A stretch of DNA of 64,000 nucleotides from an uncultured Myxococcaceae bacterium (GCA_966211675.1 CBIHPK010000012.1:6430-70429), one strand, 5' to 3'. Counted from the stretch's first letter, positions 32,074 through 44,483 are shown. The notes: generated by a model not told the origin, from the letters alone. Numbers and translations: made by a program.

Positions 32074-32950
32074 GGGCGCCTCCGCTGCGGAGCGCGATGG
32101 CCTGCGCGACCCGCGCCGCCTGGCGCATCACCCCGACGTCGTGGACCCGCAGGATCTCCGCGCCCTGCCACACCGAGAGCGCGACGACCGCGGCGGTGCC
32201 CCCGAGGCGGCCGTTGGCGTCCGCGGCGTCCCTCGCCCACCCGCCAAGGTGGGCCTCGTCAGCGACGAGGAAGCTCTTCCGTGAGGCGCCCACGCACACA
32301 GGATATCCGAGCGAGCGCAGCGCCGCGAGGTCGGCCAGCAGCGCGAGCGAGTGCGCGGCGGTCTTCGCGAAGCCGAGGCCCGGATCGACGACCAGCCGCT
32401 CCGGCGAGACCCCGGCGGCGAGCAGCCGGTCGACGAGCGCCCGAAGCTCCGCGCAGACCTCCGTGACCACGTCGCCGTACTGCGCGAGCGAGCTCATGTT
32501 AGCCGGGACGCCGCGGGCGTGCATGGCGATATACATGGCACCGTATTCCGCGGCCACCGCGCCGAGCGCCTCCGGGGGCTCGCCGGTGGCCACGTCGTTG
32601 AGGACGCTCGCGCCCGCGGCGAGCGCCGCGCGGGCCACCGGGGACTTGGTCGTGTCGATGGAGACCGGCTGCGGGAAGCGCTCCACGAGCGCCTCGACGA
32701 CCGGGACGACGCGCGCCAGCTCCTCCTCGGCGGAGACTCCGGGCGCCCCCGGCCGAGTGCTCTCGCCGCCCACGTCGATGGCGTCGACCCCCTCGGCGAC
32801 CAGGACCGCGGCCCGGTCGACCGCGGCGCCCACGCCGGCGTAGCGACCGCCGTCCGAGAAGGAGTCGGGCGTGACGTTCAGGACGCCGAGGAGGTAGGGC
32901 CGGGACCAGTCCCAGGTGGTGCTTCGGAGCTGGACGGGAGGGCGCGGCAT
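32063..32950 (-). CDS. folP: Dihydropteroate synthase
   Basis: Motifs GVLNVTPDSFSDGGRY, DVGGESTRPG and ISIDT-like SIDTTK. Confidence 0.9.
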   Translation of the reverse strand: MPRPPVQLRSTTWDWSRPYLLGVLNVTPDSFSDGGRYAGVGAAVDRAAVLVAEGVDAIDVGGESTRPGAPGVSAEEELARVVPVVEALVERFPQPVSIDTTKSPVARAALAAGASVLNDVATGEPPEALGAVAAEYGAMYIAMHARGVPANMSSLAQYGDVVTEVCAELRALVDRLLAAGVSPERLVVDPGLGFAKTAAHSLALLADLAALRSLGYPVCVGASRKSFLVADEAHLGGWARDAADANGRLGGTAAVVALSVWQGAEILRVHDVGVMRQAARVAQAIALRSGGALAR

Positions 32951-33001
32951 ACGTCGTCGGATAACACCGCGGAGGGGGAGCGCAGAGGAGGGATCGGTCG
33001 G

Positions 33002-34951
<1,950 letters not shown>

Positions 34952-35037
34952 CTCTTGAAAATGTGAAGGTCAGCCTACATCGCAAATCCCCGGACGCCAG
35001 CGGTCTCAGGGCATTTTCCGGACCCCCTGGGGAATTC

Positions 35038-36048
35038 TCATCCGGGTCGGATCGCGCGGCGACGCAGCAGCACCCGGCCCGAGCGCGCGTCGAGCGTCGC
35101 CGTCGCGCCGTGTAGCACCATGGCCTCGGCCCTCGCGAGGTCCCTCGGGTGCAGCACCGCGCGAGCGAGCGCGCGGGCGTCGTGTCGGAGGTGCGCCGCG
35201 TCGGCCGATGGGCACACCGCCCTCAGCGCGGCCCTCGCGACCCACGGCCCTCGCGGACCCAGCAGCGCCTCTCCGTCGAGCTCGAGGTGATCCGCGGAGG
35301 ACACCGGTGCGCTCGACCGCACCAGCGAGTCGGCATCGCGAGCGAACATCCGCTGGATGCGACGCGACTCCCGCCCGAGGCCCGCGAGCGCCGCCGAGGC
35401 GCCCGGCGTGAGCGCCCGCAGCCGCGGCAGGATGGTCGCCTCCAGCGCCGGGAGCAGCCGGTCGCGCGAGGGGTCCGGCGCCTCTGGCGGGGAGGTGGGC
35501 AGCTCCACGCCGAGGAGCGCGGCCAGCGACGCCGCTTCGGAGCGCTCGAGCGCCAGCAGCGGCCTCACGACGCCGCCGGAGACCCGAGGCGCGAGGCCTC
35601 GGATGGCGGTCATCCCGCGGCCGCGCAGCAGCTCCCAGAGCACCCGCGCGGCGTCGTCGTCGCGCGTCGGCGCGAGGGCGATGCGGGTGTGGCCCTGCTC
35701 CGTCGCGAGCTTTCGTAGCTCGTCGAGCACCCGCACCCGGCGGCCCTTCGCCGCGGGCCGCACCGCATGGAAGGTCAGGCCCAGCTGGCGCGCTAGGCGC
35801 CCGAGGTCGGCCACCTGCTCGGCGTCGTCGGACTCCTCATCGAGCCTGCGCTCGATCGCGGCGACGGCGATCTCGGCCACGCCGAGCGAGGCCCTCGCGT
35901 GCGTGAGGAAGCCCAGCAGCCCCAGGCTCGCAGAGTCGGTCCCGAGCCCGACCAGCACGCGGTCGCCGGGCGAGAAGAGACGCTGCCGCGACGAGAACGC
36001 GATCGCCCGCCGGAGCGCGAGCTCGACCCCCGAGGCGTACCCGCTCAC
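35038..36048 (-). CDS. TilS-like (tRNA(Ile)-lysidine synthase family) protein with degenerate PP-loop
   Basis: It occupies the tilS position upstream of ftsH. TRDDDAARVLWELLRGRGMTAIRGL and VVRPLLALERSEA align with E. coli TilS HLDDQCETFLLALKRGSG and LIRPLLARTRGEL. The SGGxDS PP-loop, however, reads VGLGTDS (35932-35949). GTG 36048 overlaps the upstream stop (GTGA). Confidence 0.6.
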   Translation of the reverse strand: MSGYASGVELALRRAIAFSSRQRLFSPGDRVLVGLGTDSASLGLLGFLTHARASLGVAEIAVAAIERRLDEESDDAEQVADLGRLARQLGLTFHAVRPAAKGRRVRVLDELRKLATEQGHTRIALAPTRDDDAARVLWELLRGRGMTAIRGLAPRVSGGVVRPLLALERSEAASLAALLGVELPTSPPEAPDPSRDRLLPALEATILPRLRALTPGASAALAGLGRESRRIQRMFARDADSLVRSSAPVSSADHLELDGEALLGPRGPWVARAALRAVCPSADAAHLRHDARALARAVLHPRDLARAEAMVLHGATATLDARSGRVLLRRRAIRPG

Positions 36049-36245
36049 AGGAGCTCGAACTCCTTGCAGAAGGTTCCGTCGCCCGGGCCTTCGGCCTCGA
36101 AGGCCGCGTCGCGGTGCATCGCGTTGGGATAGCCGTTGGCGCAGCGGCCGCTCTCGGCCACGAAGAACACGCAGTCCTCGCACGCGTGCCGCAGCGCGAA
36201 GCGCGCCCGCTCTTCCTCGAACTCATGGCCGACGATCGTTCGCAC
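36045..36245 (-). CDS. Small Cys-containing hypothetical protein (66 aa)
   Basis: Sequence MRTIVGHEFEEERARFALRHACEDCVFFVAESGRCANGYPN..TFCKEFELL, with the Cys pattern CxxC-x10-C-x27-C. GC3 is high. It is translationally coupled to the TilS-like gene. Confidence 0.45.
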   Translation of the reverse strand: MRTIVGHEFEEERARFALRHACEDCVFFVAESGRCANGYPNAMHRDAAFEAEGPGDGTFCKEFELL

Positions 36246-36254
36246 GGTCGGAAG

Positions 36255-37499
36255 CTACCGCCCCGCCCCGCCCCGCGCGAGCGTCGCGACCACCTCCACC
36301 AGCGCCGTCTGCGGGAACATCTCGAAGGCCGTGAGTCGAGCCAGCGCGAACTTCGACGAGAGGGTCGAGAGGTCGCGCCCGAGGCTCTCAGGGTCGCAGG
36401 ACACGTAGACCACCCGCCGCACCGGCGAGGCGGCCAGCAGCGCGCAGGCTTCCTTCGCCCCGGCGCGCGGCGGGTCGAGCACCACCACGTCGGCCTTCCA
36501 CGGCTTCGTCCTCGCCTCGACGGCCTCCTCGTGGACCTTCACGTTGGTCAGTCCCCGGCCCGCCAGGTTGTGTCGCAGCGCCTCGACCGCGTCCCGGTCG
36601 GACTCCACCGCCGTCACCGTTCGGGCGCTGCGGGCGAGGCGGACCGTGAGGTTCCCCGCGCCGGCGTACAGCTCCACCACCGCGCGGTCCGCGGCCTGGG
36701 CCTCGCTCTCGACGTAGGCCGCGAGCGTCGCGTTGAGCGAGCCGTGCGCCTGCCCGAAGCCGCCGACGCCCGCGCGGAGCGGCAGCCCGTCGCCGCCCAC
36801 CTGCACCGGGCTCGGGTCTCCCTCCACCGCGGCCGTGGTCGCGCCCGGGGTCCAGAGCGCGACCCCCGCGAAGCCCCGGGCCATGAGCGTGCGCCCCACC
36901 GCGTAGCCGCGCTCGTCGAGCGTTCGCTCGGGCCGCAGGCTCGCCACCGGTCGGCCGCCCTCGCCCAGCGCGAGCGCCACCTCGCCGCGGCCCCCCAGCG
37001 CCGCCACCGCCTCGCGGAGCGCAGGCATCGCCGCGTCCAGCGCGGGCACCAGCACGGGGCACCCGGCGAGGTCGACCACGGTGCTGGAGCGCCGACCGAG
37101 GAAGCCCAGGAAGGTGTGCTTTCCAGGGGTGATCCAGTGGAGCCTCGCGCGGGTGCGGTAGCCGTACCCGATGTCGCTCGCGACGTACTCCACCGGGACC
37201 GAGCGCAGCGCCGCAGGCAGCGCCCGTCGGATGCGATCGATGCGCGAGGCCTGCTGCACCGCGGGCGAGGCGTGCTGCCAGCTGCACCCGCCGCAGCGAC
37301 CGAAGGCCTCGCAGCCGGGCTGCACCCTCGCGTCGGACTCCCCCACCCGCTCCGTGGGCACCCACTGACCGCCCTCCCGGCGCACGCGCCATCGCTCGCC
37401 AGGGAGGGTGTCTTCGAGCCTCACGAGCGCGGCGTCGATGCGGGCGACGCCATCGCCGGAGGCGGTGAGCGCGTCGATGGTGACGATCTGTTCTTTCAT
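36255..37499 (-). CDS. 23S rRNA (uracil-C5)-methyltransferase, RlmD/RumA family
   Basis: Start MKEQIVTIDALTASGDG (TRAM-like N-terminus). Fe-S Cys motif CEAFGRCGGCSWQH, SAM fold ELYAGAGNLT, and VLDPPRAG. The start coordinate is the frame-consistent value relative to the track ORF. My manual indexing in this area was off by 1 nt. Confidence 0.8.
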   Translation of the reverse strand: MKEQIVTIDALTASGDGVARIDAALVRLEDTLPGERWRVRREGGQWVPTERVGESDARVQPGCEAFGRCGGCSWQHASPAVQQASRIDRIRRALPAALRSVPVEYVASDIGYGYRTRARLHWITPGKHTFLGFLGRRSSTVVDLAGCPVLVPALDAAMPALREAVAALGGRGEVALALGEGGRPVASLRPERTLDERGYAVGRTLMARGFAGVALWTPGATTAAVEGDPSPVQVGGDGLPLRAGVGGFGQAHGSLNATLAAYVESEAQAADRAVVELYAGAGNLTVRLARSARTVTAVESDRDAVEALRHNLAGRGLTNVKVHEEAVEARTKPWKADVVVLDPPRAGAKEACALLAASPVRRVVYVSCDPESLGRDLSTLSSKFALARLTAFEMFPQTALVEVVATLARGGAGR

Positions 37500-38155
37500 T
37501 GGAAGCGCTGCGCAGGCCGACCGCGGACGAAGTAGAAGCGGAACCAGCCCTCGAACTCCCCGTAGTTGTCCGAGAGCACCCTGGGCTCGCGCACGGCCGG
37601 ACCGATGGGATCCCGCGAGGGGTTGGTGTCCCGCACCACGTGAGGGTCGCGGAGCTCGATCGAGAACTGCGTGACCTCCGTCGCCCGGAGCGTCGCGTCG
37701 GCGTTGGGGTCTCCGCGGTAGATCGAGCTGAAGATCACGTACCCGCTCATCGCCTCGAGGGCCACCGTGGGGGCGTAGCGCGCGATGTTGATGCGGCCGC
37801 ACTGCGCGTTGGGTCGGAAGGTCGCCTGCACCGGCGCCACGCCCGCGGGGCCCACCGGGATGCGCTCGTTGAGGTGCGCCGCGACGTACCCGGTGTCGTT
37901 GATGCGCCAGGTGAACTCGTCGCTGAACTCCGCCGTCTCGCCGCCGCGGGCCACGCGGATGACCAGGGTGCCGTCGTGGAAATCGCCGCCGAAGAAGGTC
38001 GGCTTCAGGTCGAAGAGGTCCGTCGACACACTGCAGACCTCGAGGTGCAGCGGACCCCGGACCTCCCCGGTCCCCTCGCCCACGCTGCAGCCCGCGAGCG
38101 CCAGCAGCCCCAGCAACCGGGCGCCGGGCCTCACGACGCGACCTCGGAGATCCAT
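37496..38155 (-). CDS. Hypothetical lipoprotein
   Basis: Signal/lipobox LLGLLALAGC. GTG 38134 is an alternative start, overlapping the mnmA stop (GTGA). The stop overlaps the methyltransferase ATG (ATGA). Confidence 0.6.
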   Translation of the reverse strand: MDLRGRVVRPGARLLGLLALAGCSVGEGTGEVRGPLHLEVCSVSTDLFDLKPTFFGGDFHDGTLVIRVARGGETAEFSDEFTWRINDTGYVAAHLNERIPVGPAGVAPVQATFRPNAQCGRINIARYAPTVALEAMSGYVIFSSIYRGDPNADATLRATEVTQFSIELRDPHVVRDTNPSRDPIGPAVREPRVLSDNYGEFEGWFRFYFVRGRPAQRFQ

Positions 38156-39192
38156 CCGCCGCCGACGACCCGATCGCCCACGTAGAGCACCGCCGCCTGC
38201 CCGGGGGCCACGCCCCTCTGCGGCGCGTCGAAGCGCAGCACGGCGCGGCCCTCCTCGGCGGGCTCCAGCGTCGCGTCGACCCCGTGGTGGCGGTACCGGA
38301 TGCGCGCCCTCACCCGCCCGGGGCGAGCGTCGCAGAGCCAGCGGAAGCCCTCCAGCGTCGCGCCCCCGCCGCGCGTCTCCTCGTCGTCGCCCACGATCAC
38401 CGCCGCCCTCTCGGGAACGATCTTCAGCACGTAGCGCGGGCTCCCTCCGGCCCCGAGGCCCCGGCGCTGCCCCGGCGTGAAGGCATGGACGCCCCCGTGC
38501 CGGCCCACCACCTCGCCGCCGACGGTCTCGATGTTACCGGGGCGGGTATTCGCTCCGCCGTGTCGGGCCATGAAGTCCGGGTAGCCTTGGCCCTCGAGGA
38601 AGCAGAGGTCGACGGAGTCGGGCTTGGCGGCGTTGGCCAGCCCCGCGGAGGCCGCGAGGGCTCGCACCGCGGGCTTCTCCATCGCACCGAGCGGGAGGTG
38701 CAGCCGCCGCAGCGCGTCCATCGGCGCGGCCCAGAGGAAGTACGACTGGTCCTTCGAGGCGTCGGCGCCCGCGCGCAGGTCGACGCCGTCTCCCTCGACC
38801 GCGACCCGGGCGTAGTGCCCCGTCGCCACCGCCTCGGCCCCCAGCCGCGAAGCGATCTCCCAGAGCGGACCGAGCTTCACCGACTCGTTGCAGCGCACGC
38901 AGGGGCTCGGCGTGCGGCCCGCGGCGTAGTCGTCCACGAAGCGGTCGACCACCTTCTCGCGGAAGAGCTCGCGGCGGTCGAAGGTGTAGTGCGCGATGCC
39001 CAGGGTCTCGCAGACGCGCGCGGCGTCGTACTGGTCCTCCGGGGCGCAGCAGCGTCCCTTGTGCCCCTCGCGGACGTAGTCCCACAGGTGCAGCGTGACC
39101 CCGATGACCTCCCAGCCCTCGCGGTGGAGCATCGCCGCCGCCGCCGACGAGTCCACCCCGCCGCTCATTCCCACCACGATGCGCCGCGCCAT
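38131..39192 (-). CDS. mnmA: tRNA 2-thiouridine(34) synthase MnmA
   Basis: ATG 39192 (MARRIVVGMSGGVDSS, PP-loop). Catalytic Cys context RCCAPED, plus PSPCVRCN and ATGHYAR. Confidence 0.92.
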   Translation of the reverse strand: MARRIVVGMSGGVDSSAAAAMLHREGWEVIGVTLHLWDYVREGHKGRCCAPEDQYDAARVCETLGIAHYTFDRRELFREKVVDRFVDDYAAGRTPSPCVRCNESVKLGPLWEIASRLGAEAVATGHYARVAVEGDGVDLRAGADASKDQSYFLWAAPMDALRRLHLPLGAMEKPAVRALAASAGLANAAKPDSVDLCFLEGQGYPDFMARHGGANTRPGNIETVGGEVVGRHGGVHAFTPGQRRGLGAGGSPRYVLKIVPERAAVIVGDDEETRGGGATLEGFRWLCDARPGRVRARIRYRHHGVDATLEPAEEGRAVLRFDAPQRGVAPGQAAVLYVGDRVVGGGWISEVAS

Positions 39193-39401
39193 CAGAAGCC
39201 CAGGAACCGCCGCGCCGCCAGCTCGACCATCGCCGCCCACTGCCCGATGGTGAGCACCGTGAACAGGATCACCAGCAGCAGACAGCCGTCGATGAAGTAC
39301 GCCACGACGGGCGACTCGTGCTCCGACCCCTGCGAGTGTCCGGGGGAGCGATAGGGCCCTCCCCGGTGGCTCACATGGTGTCGGTGGCGTCGCCGGCTCA
39401 T
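39192..39401 (-). CDS. Possible small membrane protein (69 aa), His/Arg-rich N-terminus
   Basis: Sequence MSRRRHRHHVSHRGG... followed by a hydrophobic segment CLLLVILFTVLTIGQWAAMV. The stop overlaps the mnmA ATG (ATGA). No homology was recognised. Confidence 0.3.
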   Translation of the reverse strand: MSRRRHRHHVSHRGGPYRSPGHSQGSEHESPVVAYFIDGCLLLVILFTVLTIGQWAAMVELAARRFLGF

Positions 39402-39451
39402 CGCCCCCCAGTATGCCGCACCGGGGTCGCCGGGGCGAGCGTGACCTGAGC

Positions 39452-40393
<942 letters not shown>

Positions 40394-40475
40394 TCGGACA
40401 CCCCCTCGACGGGCCGGTCAAGGATCCATCGGGGCGCTCGACCCTCGGCGCTCCGCGAACGGTAGAGTCCGACCG

Positions 40476-41264
40476 ATGAGCGGCTACACCCTGGTGATCG
40501 GCGCGGGCACCAACCTCGGCGGTCGCCGCTCGATCCTGCGAGCGGCCCGAGACCTCGTCGCCCACCGCTTCGGGGTCGCGGAGCTGCGCGTGGCGCCGGT
40601 CTGGGAGACCGCCCCGATGGGCCCGCCGCAGCCCGACTACCTCAACACCGCCTTCGCTCTCGACTTCCGCGGAGCCCTCCCCGACGCGCTCGATCTCTGC
40701 CTCGACATCGAGCGCTCCCTCGGTCGAGAGCGCCGCGAGCGATGGGGACCGCGCACCCTCGACCTCGACCTGCTCTGGCACGAGTCGATGTCCTGCGACG
40801 GGGGCGGGCTCACGGTGCCGCACCAGGGTCTGCGCGAGCGCACCTTCGCGCTCGATCCGCTGCTGGCGCTCGTACCCGGCGCGGTCGACCCGAGGGACGG
40901 GACCGCGCTCGCCGAGGTGCGCATGGCCCTGCCCGCCGCCGGTCCGTCGACCCTCCTCGGCGATGGCTTCGCCGGGCGCCCGGACGATCGGGCCGATGCG
41001 CTCGCGGCCGTCGCGGAGGAGATCGGAGCGACGCGCGAAGGGTCGCGAAGCGCGGCGCCGTTGACCGCCCTGAAGCTCGAGCGGACCTGGGTCGATGGGC
41101 TCCCCGACGACGAGCGGCTGCGCGAGTGGACCGCGTCGGTGAGGGAGCTGCTCGACGCCCGTCGCTTCGCGTTGCGCCGCGCCGCGGTGATCGAGGACTC
41201 GGAGCGCCTCACCCGCGCGCTCTTCTTCGGCGAGGAGCGGAGCCCCGTCACGCGTCGCCGTTGA
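40476..41264 (+). CDS. folK: HPPK (2-amino-4-hydroxy-6-hydroxymethyldihydropteridine diphosphokinase) with about 100-aa C-terminal extension
   Basis: Motifs IGAGTNLG, WETAPMGPPQPDYLN, RWGPRTLDLDLL and VPHQGLRERTFALDPL. The protein continues for about 100 further residues with no recognisable motif. Confidence 0.8.
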   Translation: MSGYTLVIGAGTNLGGRRSILRAARDLVAHRFGVAELRVAPVWETAPMGPPQPDYLNTAFALDFRGALPDALDLCLDIERSLGRERRERWGPRTLDLDLLWHESMSCDGGGLTVPHQGLRERTFALDPLLALVPGAVDPRDGTALAEVRMALPAAGPSTLLGDGFAGRPDDRADALAAVAEEIGATREGSRSAAPLTALKLERTWVDGLPDDERLREWTASVRELLDARRFALRRAAVIEDSERLTRALFFGEERSPVTRRR

Positions 41265-41299
41265 CAACACCCCGCCCTCTGCAGAACACACCCTCCATC

Positions 41300-42229
<930 letters not shown>

Positions 42230-42913
42230 ATGGCCCCGATCGTGGCCGTCGTCGGCGTCGGGGGTCTCGGCTGCCCGGCGGCCCTCGCGCTCGCCGAGGC
42301 GGGCGTCGCGCTGCGGCTGATCGACGAGGACACGGTCGAGCGCTCCAACCTCCATCGGCAGGTGCTCTTCACCGAGGCGGACGTCGGCCGGAGGAAGGTC
42401 GAGGCCGCGAGGGACGCGCTCGCGAGGATCGCTCCGTCGGTGACGGTGGAGACGCGGGCGGAGCACCTGGTGCCGGAGAGCGCGGAGGAGTTGTTGCGAG
42501 GCGTGTCGGCGATCGTCGAGGGGAGCGACAACCTGCCGACGAAGTTCCTGGCGGCGGACGCGGCGGGGCGCATCGGGGTGCCGGTGGTGCATGGCGCGTG
42601 CGTCGCGTGGCACGGCACGGTGCTGCCGGTGTCGTGGGGCGACGGCGCCTGTTACCGCTGCGTCTTCGAGGAGCTGCCCGAGGAGGAGACCACCAGCTGC
42701 GCCATCGCCGGCGTGTACGGCCCGGTGACCTCGGTCATCGGCGCGCTCATGGCCGCCGACGCCCTGCGGCTGCTCCGCGGCGACCGCGCGACCGCCGGAC
42801 ACCTTGCGCGATATGACGGCTGGAACCAGACCTTCCGGAGCACGCGATTCGCTCGCCGAGGGCTCTGTCCGCTGTGCGGCGAGGGCCGAGGGTTCCAGTG
42901 GACCGGCCGGTGA
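42230..42913 (+). CDS. ThiF/MoeB-family E1-like adenylyltransferase, N-terminally short, no rhodanese domain
   Basis: The protein starts 6 aa before the GVGGLGCPAALALAEAG nucleotide loop, and an in-frame TAG at 42227-42229 precludes any extension. DTVERSNLHRQ is present. The Zn Cys pairs are CYRC and CPLC. Confidence 0.85.
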   Translation: MAPIVAVVGVGGLGCPAALALAEAGVALRLIDEDTVERSNLHRQVLFTEADVGRRKVEAARDALARIAPSVTVETRAEHLVPESAEELLRGVSAIVEGSDNLPTKFLAADAAGRIGVPVVHGACVAWHGTVLPVSWGDGACYRCVFEELPEEETTSCAIAGVYGPVTSVIGALMAADALRLLRGDRATAGHLARYDGWNQTFRSTRFARRGLCPLCGEGRGFQWTGR

Positions 42914-42960
42914 TTTCAGTTTATTGAACGCGCGAACGACTGCTCCCAAGGAGGCTCTCG

Positions 42961-43233
42961 ATGGCGATCACGGTGCGGGTTCCGACGCAGCTTCGGACCC
43001 TGACGGGCGGCAAGGAAGAGGTCAGCGGTACGGGCGCCACGGTCGGCGAGCTCATCGACCAGCTCGAGGGCGCGCACCCCGGCCTCAAGGACCGGCTGCT
43101 CGACGCCAAGGGCATCCGCCGCTTCGTGAACCTCTACCTCAATGAAGACGACGTTCGCTTCCTCGACGGGCTCAACACCCGGCTGAAGGACACGGACACG
43201 CTCACCATCGTCCCGGCGATCGCGGGCGGATGA
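42961..43233 (+). CDS. cysO: ThiS/MoaD/CysO-family ubiquitin-like sulfur-carrier protein (C-terminal GG)
   Basis: 90 aa with a beta-grasp pattern, ending in TIVPAIAGG. Confidence 0.8.
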   Translation: MAITVRVPTQLRTLTGGKEEVSGTGATVGELIDQLEGAHPGLKDRLLDAKGIRRFVNLYLNEDDVRFLDGLNTRLKDTDTLTIVPAIAGG

Positions 43234-43535
43234 GCGACGCGCCCGTCGACTACGCTCGCTTCGGTCGGCAGATCGCGCTGCCGGAGCTCGGCCCCGAGGG
43301 GCAGCGCCGTCTCGGGGCGACCGCGGTGCGCTTCGACCCGGGCAGCGCGCTGCTCGACGAGACGCACCGCCGCGCGGGCGGACGGGTCTCGGACGACGCG
43401 GCGATCGAGGTGACGGTGCCGGACGCGTCGAGCCGGGCGGTGGCCGCGTGGGCCAGCATCGAGGCGGCGCGGCGGGTCCTCGGGGAGGCGCCGAGGTCAC
43501 TGCCGGAAGGACTCCTGGCGCGGTTGAGCGGCTGA
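43230..43535 (+). CDS. 101-aa ORF carrying an E1 N-terminal helix motif (YARFGRQIALPELGPEGQRRL); trans-acting E1 piece or decayed E1 paralogue
   Basis: The first 30 aa align with the ThiF/MoeB N-terminus (RYSRQILL..G.EGQ.KL). The following stretch (AVRFDPGSALLDETHRRAGGRV) looks like a degenerate Rossmann loop. Both ends overlap neighbours: ATGA with cysO and TGATG with cysM. Confidence 0.4.
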   Translation: MSDAPVDYARFGRQIALPELGPEGQRRLGATAVRFDPGSALLDETHRRAGGRVSDDAAIEVTVPDASSRAVAAWASIEAARRVLGEAPRSLPEGLLARLSG

Positions 43536-44473
43536 TGCTTCGCCCGAAGAGACTCGACTCCATCCTCGACGCGGTGGGCAACACGCCCCTCCTCCGGCTG
43601 CGCGCCCTCGAGCGCGACACGCCCGGCGTGGAGATCTACGCGAAGATGGAGTTCCAGAATCCCGGCGGCTCGGTGAAGGACCGCGCGGCCCGGCAGATCT
43701 TCACCGACGCCCTGAGCCGGGGCGACCTCACCCGCGACAAGATCCTGATCGACTCCACCTCGGGCAACACCGGCGTGGCCTACTCGCTCGTCGGCGCGGC
43801 GCTCGGCTACCGGGTGACGCTCGTGATGCCCTCCAACGTGTCCCAGGCGCGCAAGGACATCACCCGCGCCTTCGGCACGGAGATCGTCTTCTCCGACCCG
43901 ATGGAGGGCAGCGACGGCGCCATCCGCCTCGCTCGCCAGCTCGTCGCGGAGAACCCCGAGCGGTACTATTACCCCGACCAGTATTCCAACCCCAGCAACC
44001 CGGGCGCGCACTACCTCACCACGGGCGTGGAGATCCTCGCCGACGTGGGCGACCGCATCACCCACTTCGTCACGGGCCTGGGGACCACCGGCACCATGAT
44101 GGGCACCACCCGTCGGCTGAAGGAGCACCACCGGCCCATCCGCTGTGTGGCCGTGCAGCCCGCCGATGCGCTCCATGGCCTGGAGGGGCTCAAGCACCTG
44201 CCGAGCTCGCTGGTGCCGCCCATCTACGACGCCGGCGTGCCCGACGAGACGATGTGGATCACCACCGAGGACGGCTGGGACATGACCGACCGCCTCTGGG
44301 AGGAGGAGGCCGTGCACGTCGGGCACAGCGCCGGGGCCAACGTCTTCGCCGCGTACTCCATCGCCCGCTCGCTCTCCGCGCGTGGCGAACCCGGCTGCGT
44401 CGTGACCATTCTCTGCGACCGCGGCGACCGGTACTTCCTTCCGTTGAAGTGGGAACGTTTCTACGCCTGGTGA
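43535..44473 (+). CDS. cysM: CysM-type cysteine synthase (probable CysO-thiocarboxylate-dependent sulfhydrylase)
   Basis: Motifs KMEFQNPGGSVKDR, STSGNTG and GLGTTGTMMG. It lies between the cysO region and the JAMM peptidase, as in the mycobacterial mec-cysO-cysM set. Confidence 0.85.
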   Translation: MLRPKRLDSILDAVGNTPLLRLRALERDTPGVEIYAKMEFQNPGGSVKDRAARQIFTDALSRGDLTRDKILIDSTSGNTGVAYSLVGAALGYRVTLVMPSNVSQARKDITRAFGTEIVFSDPMEGSDGAIRLARQLVAENPERYYYPDQYSNPSNPGAHYLTTGVEILADVGDRITHFVTGLGTTGTMMGTTRRLKEHHRPIRCVAVQPADALHGLEGLKHLPSSLVPPIYDAGVPDETMWITTEDGWDMTDRLWEEEAVHVGHSAGANVFAAYSIARSLSARGEPGCVVTILCDRGDRYFLPLKWERFYAW

Positions 44474-44483
44474 GAGGGACCCC

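Noticed and set aside
36258-36275. Short pentanucleotide repeat (CCGCC/CCCCG x3) at the 3' end of the methyltransferase gene, and a C8/G8 run inside the ftsH 3' end (33027-33034)
   Set aside because: Both are within coding sequence, encoding Gly/Ala/Arg and Pro runs. Such runs are expected at this GC content. There is no evidence of phase variation.
37400-37540. Apparent 1-nt disagreement between my manual nucleotide indexing and the ORF-track coordinates
   Set aside because: This is most likely my counting error. I used frame-consistent coordinates from the track (methyltransferase start 37499, lipoprotein stop 37496). It is not evidence of a frameshift.
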